Of a stretch of 64,000 nt of DNA, positions 57,907 to 64,000 are shown one piece after another; position 1 is the first letter of the stretch, and each line of letters opens with the position of its first letter. A model generated the notes under the pieces. It had not been told where the DNA came from, ran no database searches, and saw nothing but the letters and a program-made list of their open reading frames with translations. Position numbers and translations under genes: made by a program. Origin of the DNA: Pelotomaculum sp. UBA4789 (GTDB lineage Bacteria; Bacillota; Desulfotomaculia; Desulfotomaculales; Pelotomaculaceae); contig DHGV01000001.1 of assembly GCA_002402945.1 (NCBI GenBank), forward strand, positions 2,180 to 66,179. The letters are read 5' to 3'.

Positions 57907-58566
57907 CTATAGTAACTTGGCGCCGTTGATCACCAGTTCAAATTTACATTTTAAAAAAGTTGATGCCCGCCGGCACATGATCATGCGGCTCAGAAATATT
58001 TCAAAATATTCCATAACCGGGCAGATATCAATGTCAATCGTCAATTCCATCGTGATGGTGCGCTTGTCGTCGGCGACCCAGAGGAAAGAGTGTTCAACAG
58101 CATAATTGACCCGGTCGTGGATATCAAAAGTCGCAAAATCAGGGTTGCGGACCCTGGACCGGTGCACATCAGACTTGTCTCCAATGATCAAGGCTGCTGC
58201 CACACTGTTTACGGCATGGCCGTACTGTTCCTCGTGATTGGCTATCGCGGAAATCACAGTAGCTATTTCATCAGGGTGCATCCCCATCTGCATCAGGATC
58301 GGGTAGGCCATGACCGCCCCGGATATGCCGTGGTCGTTGCGGCTGACCACATTTCCGATGTCATGTATGTACCCCGCGATGGCGGCCAGTTCTGCCTGTC
58401 TTTCTGAGTATCCCAGCCGTTCCATTACGTTTTTGGCAATGCTGGAAACAAGGCTTACATGGCGGTAACTATGCTCTGTAAACCCCATCACACCCAGATA
58501 TTTATTCCCTTTGCGGATAAAGGCGTCGATCACAGGGTCTTTTTTCATATCTTCCAGGGTTACCAT
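57907..58566 (-). CDS. HD-domain phosphohydrolase
   Basis: TEHSYRH, IHDIGN, NHEE, DKSD. Confidence 0.88.
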   Translation of the reverse strand: MVTLEDMKKDPVIDAFIRKGNKYLGVMGFTEHSYRHVSLVSSIAKNVMERLGYSERQAELAAIAGYIHDIGNVVSRNDHGISGAVMAYPILMQMGMHPDEIATVISAIANHEEQYGHAVNSVAAALIIGDKSDVHRSRVRNPDFATFDIHDRVNYAVEHSFLWVADDKRTITMELTIDIDICPVMEYFEIFLSRMIMCRRASTFLKCKFELVINGAKLL

Positions 58567-58677
58567 AACCGGTTACAACCCCCTACCAGGGATGTGATAC
58601 CCTCTCCGGGCATACATTTAATTTTATAATATAATATCGGAAGAAATGACCCAAGTAATGAGATCCACTAATTCAGG

Positions 58678-58710
58678 AAAAAGAGTAGACTGCCGGTCTA
58701 CTCTTTTTTT
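58678..58710. terminator. Terminator after yajC
   Basis: AAAAAGAGTAGAC-TGCCG-GTCTACTCTTTTT. Confidence 0.7.
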
Positions 58711-59006
58711 TACGGCGTTCCCTTGTCTACTGCTTCTTCCCTGTTTACAACCTGGGAGATAGCGGTCTTCAGGAACTCCATCCGGACATTATCGGCGACC
58801 TCCAGGATAATGGAATTATCTTTTATTTTTTCTATGGTGCCGTAGATCCCGCCGATGGTAATCACTTTGTCGTTTGTCTTGATATTACTGATCATTTCCT
58901 GGTGTTTTTTCTGACGCTGCTGCTGGGGCCGGATCATCAGGAAATAAAGTATAGCAAACAGCCCAACGATATACAGCAGGGATATCAACTGGGAATTATT
59001 AGCCAC
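58710..59006 (-). CDS. yajC: Preprotein translocase subunit YajC
   Basis: YFLMIRPQQQRQK, DKVITIGGIYG. Confidence 0.95.
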   Translation of the reverse strand: MANNSQLISLLYIVGLFAILYFLMIRPQQQRQKKHQEMISNIKTNDKVITIGGIYGTIEKIKDNSIILEVADNVRMEFLKTAISQVVNREEAVDKGTP

Positions 59007-59083
59007 TATCAGGCCTCCTTTCTTTTTTTTATTTCTTCTTGCGCGCTGTGAATTCCTTTTTTTTAAGGGAATTTTATCAGATA

Positions 59084-60211
<1,128 letters not shown>

Positions 60212-61237
60212 TCATATAATAAGCATGGCGTCTCCGAAACTAAAAAACCTGTACCGCTTCTCGACAGCTTCCTTGTAAGCCGCCATGACTTTTTCCCTGC
60301 CGGCCAGGGCTGAGACCATCATCAGCAGGGTTGATTTCGGCAGGTGAAAGTTGGTAACCATGCCATTGATTACTTTAAATTTATAGCCGGGATAGATAAA
60401 GATCCCGGTCCAGCCGGAGCACGGGCAAAGCCTGCCGTATTCATCAGCAGCGCTTTCCAGGCAGCGGACAGTAGTTGTGCCGACAGCGATGACTCTGCCG
60501 CCGCAGTCCCTGGCAGCGTTAACAGCCGCTGCTGTATCCGCTGAGACTTCATAATATTCCTCGTGCATGCGGTGCTTGGTGATGTCCTCCACTTTGACCG
60601 GCCGGAAGGTGCCCAGCCCGACATGCAGCAGCACCGGCACTACAGTGACGCCCATTTTTCTGATCCGCTCCAGCAGTTCCTCTGAGAAATGCAGCCCAGC
60701 CGTGGGGACTGCCGCCGACCCCGCCAGCCGGGCATAGATAGTCTGGTATCGATCCTTGTCCAAAAGAGGTTTCTTGATATAAGGCGGCAGCGGCATCACA
60801 CCCAGCTCATCCAGAATCTCTTCAAAGGGGCCCTCGAAATCCATCTCAACTACCCGTCCGCCGTAATCAGTGTCTTCCAGTATCCTGCACGCCAGCAGAT
60901 CTTTTTTGAAAATCACTGTGGCGCCTGCCCTGACTTTTTTGCCAGGCCGGACGAGGGCCTCCCATCGTTTGGCATCCAACTGCTTAAGCAGGAGGACTTC
61001 TACGCGGGCCCCGGTGTTTTGCTTGCTCCCCAACAGCCGGGCAGGGATAACTTTCGTATCGTTGATCACCAGGGTGTCCCCTGGTTCCAGGTAATCACAC
61101 AGATCCGTAAAACTGCGGTGTTCAAAATCCTCCCTGTCCAGACGGACCACCATCAGCCGTGAAGCATCCCTGTCCGTAACAGGCTCCTGGGCAATTAAAT
61201 CTTGTGGCAGGTAATAATCAAAATCAGAAATATCCAC
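60212..61237 (-). CDS. queA: SAM:tRNA ribosyltransferase-isomerase
   Basis: DFDYYLP, PLPPYI, PTAGLHF, LHVGLGTF, TNFHLP, FSFGDAM. Confidence 0.97.
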   Translation of the reverse strand: MDISDFDYYLPQDLIAQEPVTDRDASRLMVVRLDREDFEHRSFTDLCDYLEPGDTLVINDTKVIPARLLGSKQNTGARVEVLLLKQLDAKRWEALVRPGKKVRAGATVIFKKDLLACRILEDTDYGGRVVEMDFEGPFEEILDELGVMPLPPYIKKPLLDKDRYQTIYARLAGSAAVPTAGLHFSEELLERIRKMGVTVVPVLLHVGLGTFRPVKVEDITKHRMHEEYYEVSADTAAAVNAARDCGGRVIAVGTTTVRCLESAADEYGRLCPCSGWTGIFIYPGYKFKVINGMVTNFHLPKSTLLMMVSALAGREKVMAAYKEAVEKRYRFFSFGDAMLII

Positions 61238-61299
61238 TTGTATCAGTTAGCTCCTAAAATTCCCCGGTCTGCTAAAATAGCCGGAAAAAATAATAAATA

Positions 61300-61475
61300 A
61301 AACAATTTGACATGATTAACAGGATTTAAATCGATTAACTGGATTTAAATTTAATTATTTGAAATTCCATTATTCACCATACTCAAGGGCAAAAGATTAA
61401 TAAAAATCAAATCCGTAATCTTTTTGAATTAATCCTGTAAATCCTAATAATCCTGCAAGTCCGGTCAATTTGTTT
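61300..61475. repeat. AT-rich element bounded by inverted arrays of about 9-nt units
   Basis: AAACAATTTGAC / GTCAATTTGTTT ends; inner GATTAACAG-type units on the left and AATCCTGTA-type units on the right. Confidence 0.55.
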
Positions 61476-61492
61476 GCTTAAAAGTTAAATTG

Positions 61493-62863
61493 TCAGCGGC
61501 CGTAGTCATCAGCAAATTTAATTCCCGAATAATAGTATTTCAAAATCTCCTGGTAATCATAGCCTTTCTGGGCCATGCCGCGGGCCCCGTACTGAGACAT
61601 CCCCAACCCGTGCCCCCAGCCGCTGCCTTTAAACCCTATGACGGTCAGGTTACCTCTGCTGTCATATTTATTGGTAAATTTGAACAGCGCACTTTTCAGG
61701 CCGAGCGCAGACCTCACTTTATCAGCGTTCTTGATTTCAACCCGCAAGGACTTCCCATCCGCCCCTGTACCTTTTACGGCGATCTCCATAACCCTGGCGC
61801 CCGATGATGTGCGCTCCAGCTCAACGACGTCGGTGACCTTGCTGAATTTATAGCCGGACGCAGCCAGCTTGTCCCTTACCTGATCGGCACTGTAGGTGAC
61901 CTCCCAGTTATAGTGCTTGCTGTTTTTATCATAGGGGTCTTCTTTTGTCCTGATGTAGGATAGCCTGCCGCTCCAGACGTCTTCGCTGTTTTCCGTGAAG
62001 CCGCCGCTGCTGGAGTGGAAAAAGGCGGACACTGTCTTGCCCCCTGACAGCATCACAATACCGCGTGTCCCTTCAACGGCCTTGTTGGCGGCAGCAGTTT
62101 CGGCGTCATAGCCGCCGTAAACCTGGCTCGTCATGGTGTTATACACATTAAATGTGTCACCGCGCGTAGTTTCGACACTCTGCAGGGCATAGTTCCGTGC
62201 CGCTACCGCCTGTGCCTTTAAAGCCTCTGCCGGCCAGTCGCTGGGCATTTCGGAGGGGACAACACCGCGCAGGTAGTCCTCAATATTCACTATGTTAACT
62301 GCGGTCAGCTTACCTGCCTCCAGGCAGAACTCCAGGCCGCCTCGGTATCTCTTGCTGCCTGAGCTGCTGGTCAGGGTAATGAGGTTTAAGCCGCTGCTGC
62401 CCTTGAATTCTATCATCCTGCCGGCTGCCCTGATCGCCGGGTTTACAGTCGTCTGCAGTGAAACAGTCTTTCCGTTACCGTTGATTACCATTAATTTTTC
62501 TAAACCCAGGTCTTTCACCACTCCGCTGGCGCTGATCACAGCAGCGCTGGAATCTGATTCGCGCACCTCGACCGGGCCTTTAAAAGAGCTGAAACTGGCT
62601 TGCCTGCCTTTAACCGCTATGCGGCTGCCCTTAATTTCCACCTGGCAGGTTTCACCTTTTTTCAGCTCAGCCAGCACTTTATCCGTTGCCAGATCGACTA
62701 TTTCATAGTTTCCGCTGACTTGAAAGTCGAGGGTTTCAGCCCCGCTGACCAGCGCCGCCCGGATTGTGCCGGCAGCAGCGGCGCATGCCTCACCAGCCTG
62801 AAAAAACACGCACAGGAGGGCGGAGATAGCTATTAGATACATTTTAAAAGTATTTAATTTCAC
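61493..62863 (-). CDS. SpoIID/LytB-domain protein
   Basis: Signal peptide; EDYLRGVVPSEM, EALKAQAVAAR, SQVYGG, GWGHGLGMSQYGA. Confidence 0.92.
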   Translation of the reverse strand: MKLNTFKMYLIAISALLCVFFQAGEACAAAAGTIRAALVSGAETLDFQVSGNYEIVDLATDKVLAELKKGETCQVEIKGSRIAVKGRQASFSSFKGPVEVRESDSSAAVISASGVVKDLGLEKLMVINGNGKTVSLQTTVNPAIRAAGRMIEFKGSSGLNLITLTSSSGSKRYRGGLEFCLEAGKLTAVNIVNIEDYLRGVVPSEMPSDWPAEALKAQAVAARNYALQSVETTRGDTFNVYNTMTSQVYGGYDAETAAANKAVEGTRGIVMLSGGKTVSAFFHSSSGGFTENSEDVWSGRLSYIRTKEDPYDKNSKHYNWEVTYSADQVRDKLAASGYKFSKVTDVVELERTSSGARVMEIAVKGTGADGKSLRVEIKNADKVRSALGLKSALFKFTNKYDSRGNLTVIGFKGSGWGHGLGMSQYGARGMAQKGYDYQEILKYYYSGIKFADDYGR

Positions 62864-62961
62864 ATTTTACCTCCGCTGGTAATAATCATCTCATCCCGAC
62901 AAAATTCGGCGGATTAGGGCGATTTCCTTCTCTAGCAAAAAAACCGGAGCCTATGCCCGGC

Positions 62962-63177
62962 TTACCGGCGGATAATATAAAGAATCAGTGTCAGTAGGAT
63001 GCTCAGTATGATACACGTCGCGATTGGAAAATAAAAACTGTAGTTTCCCCTCTCGATAAATATGTCGCCGGGCAGCCGCCCCAAGCCAAAAAACCTGCCG
63101 CCAGCCAGCATCAGCCCCCCCAGCACCAGCATGATGGCGCCGATAATGAGGAGCATCCTGCCGAGAGACTCCCACAT
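62962..63177 (-). CDS. DUF2905-family membrane protein
   Basis: LGRLPGDI...FYFPIATCI. Confidence 0.9.
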   Translation of the reverse strand: MWESLGRMLLIIGAIMLVLGGLMLAGGRFFGLGRLPGDIFIERGNYSFYFPIATCIILSILLTLILYIIRR

Positions 63178-63728
63178 CAAACCTTCACATCCTTTTTCCC
63201 GGGCGGGCAATAGCGTTCTTTTTCGCTGTAGATGCAACCGCAGTACTGCTGTCGGTACATGCCCATTGTCCTGGACCGTGCCGTGGCCTCCCTGTAGCCG
63301 GGACGGAAATCCGCATAATAAAATGTTATGCCGTGTTTGACTGCCGCGGCCTGGCCGATTTCCCGGATCAGCTCGTGCTTCTGGTAGGGGCTAACCAAAA
63401 GGGTGGTGCTGAAGCAGTCAAATCCACCGCTTCTGGCTTCCTGTGCAGCCTGGTACAAACGCAGGGCATAGCATACCCGGCAGCGTTGTGACTCCCTGTA
63501 AACAGCGCCCCTGAGAAATTCCTCCAGATTATAGCCGGAGTCAAAAATCATTTCCAGGTCAATTTCAGCGGCATACTTTCCCAGTGCTTCTTTCCGCTTG
63601 ATAAATTCAGTATAGGGATGGATGTTGGGGTTGAAAAAATAGCCTGTAACCTCCATGCCCTCATCCCTTAAGCAGTCCACGGGATAGATCGAGCAGGGCC
63701 CGCAGCAGGTGTGTAGCAAAATTTTCAT
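63177..63728 (-). CDS. queH: Epoxyqueuosine reductase QueH
   Basis: LLHTCCGPC, NPNIHP, RCRVCY, TTLLVSPYQ, YRQQYCGC. Confidence 0.93.
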   Translation of the reverse strand: MKILLHTCCGPCSIYPVDCLRDEGMEVTGYFFNPNIHPYTEFIKRKEALGKYAAEIDLEMIFDSGYNLEEFLRGAVYRESQRCRVCYALRLYQAAQEARSGGFDCFSTTLLVSPYQKHELIREIGQAAAVKHGITFYYADFRPGYREATARSRTMGMYRQQYCGCIYSEKERYCPPGKKDVKV

Positions 63729-63743
63729 AGTGTGGTATCTCCT

Positions 63744-63834
63744 GATACTTTTATCGTTTAATGTTACCAGTCAGAGCAATGGGGACACACCTCTCTAGCA
63801 GGCATTCCTCTGGTGCCGGAGGAATGTCCCCAAT
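63744..63834. repeat. Repeat family B copy
   Basis: GATACTTTTATCGTTTAATGTTACCAGTCAGAGCAATGGGGACACACCTC...GAGGAATGTCCCCAAT. Confidence 0.7.
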
Positions 63835-63836
63835 AT

Positions 63837-64000
63837 CTACCACAGGGTCTCTTGTTTTGTGTTCTTTGCCCCGCACTCCAAACCCAGGTGCTGATAAGCT
63901 AAAGGCGTGGCAACCCTGCCGCGGGGAGTCCTGGCCAGCATGCCGAGCTGCAGCAGGTAAGGCTCATAAACGTCCTCCAGTGTTTCAGACTCTTCACTGG
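63837..64000 (-). CDS. ruvB: Holliday junction helicase RuvB, C-terminal part
   Basis: [34 protein letters not shown]. Confidence 0.92.
   Translation of the reverse strand, partial: SEESETLEDVYEPYLLQLGMLARTPRGRVATPLAYQHLGLECGAKNTKQETLW

Overview
This 64-kb window looks like chromosome from a spore-forming anaerobic Firmicute (Desulfotomaculaceae/Pelotomaculum-like; inferred from gene content and order). Almost all genes are on the minus strand. The right half (28-64 kb) is the conserved core block ruvB-queH-spoIID-queA-tgt-yajC-secDF-recJ-apt-rel-dtd-hisS-aspS-6S RNA-trxA-rarA-iscR-iscU-mnmA-alaS-ireB-ruvX-mltG-U32, with a His T-box. The left half (1-28 kb) is more accessory: a Trp T-box-controlled trpEGDCBA-aroF operon, a patch of single genes, an orphan PAS kinase and a metal-related operon. 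That operon (Cys-rich HypB/UreG-like GTPase, permease-less ABC ATPase, signal-less binding protein, modD, modABC, then an EamA gene whose tail begins His-rich) is the best candidate for an uncharacterised system. Other oddities: trpF and iscS are missing from their usual operons; apt is degenerate; a non-autonomous IS200-like element sits in the trp leader; a dif-like 28-mer overlaps the metal operon promoter; four homopolymer frameshifts are confined to accessory genes; one lipoprotein has an apparent ACG start; a 59-aa gene ahead of rhlE is absent from the ORF track; and there are several dispersed repeat families. I saw no tRNA, rRNA, CRISPR array or intact transposase. All calls come from motif recognition by eye; no searches were run.
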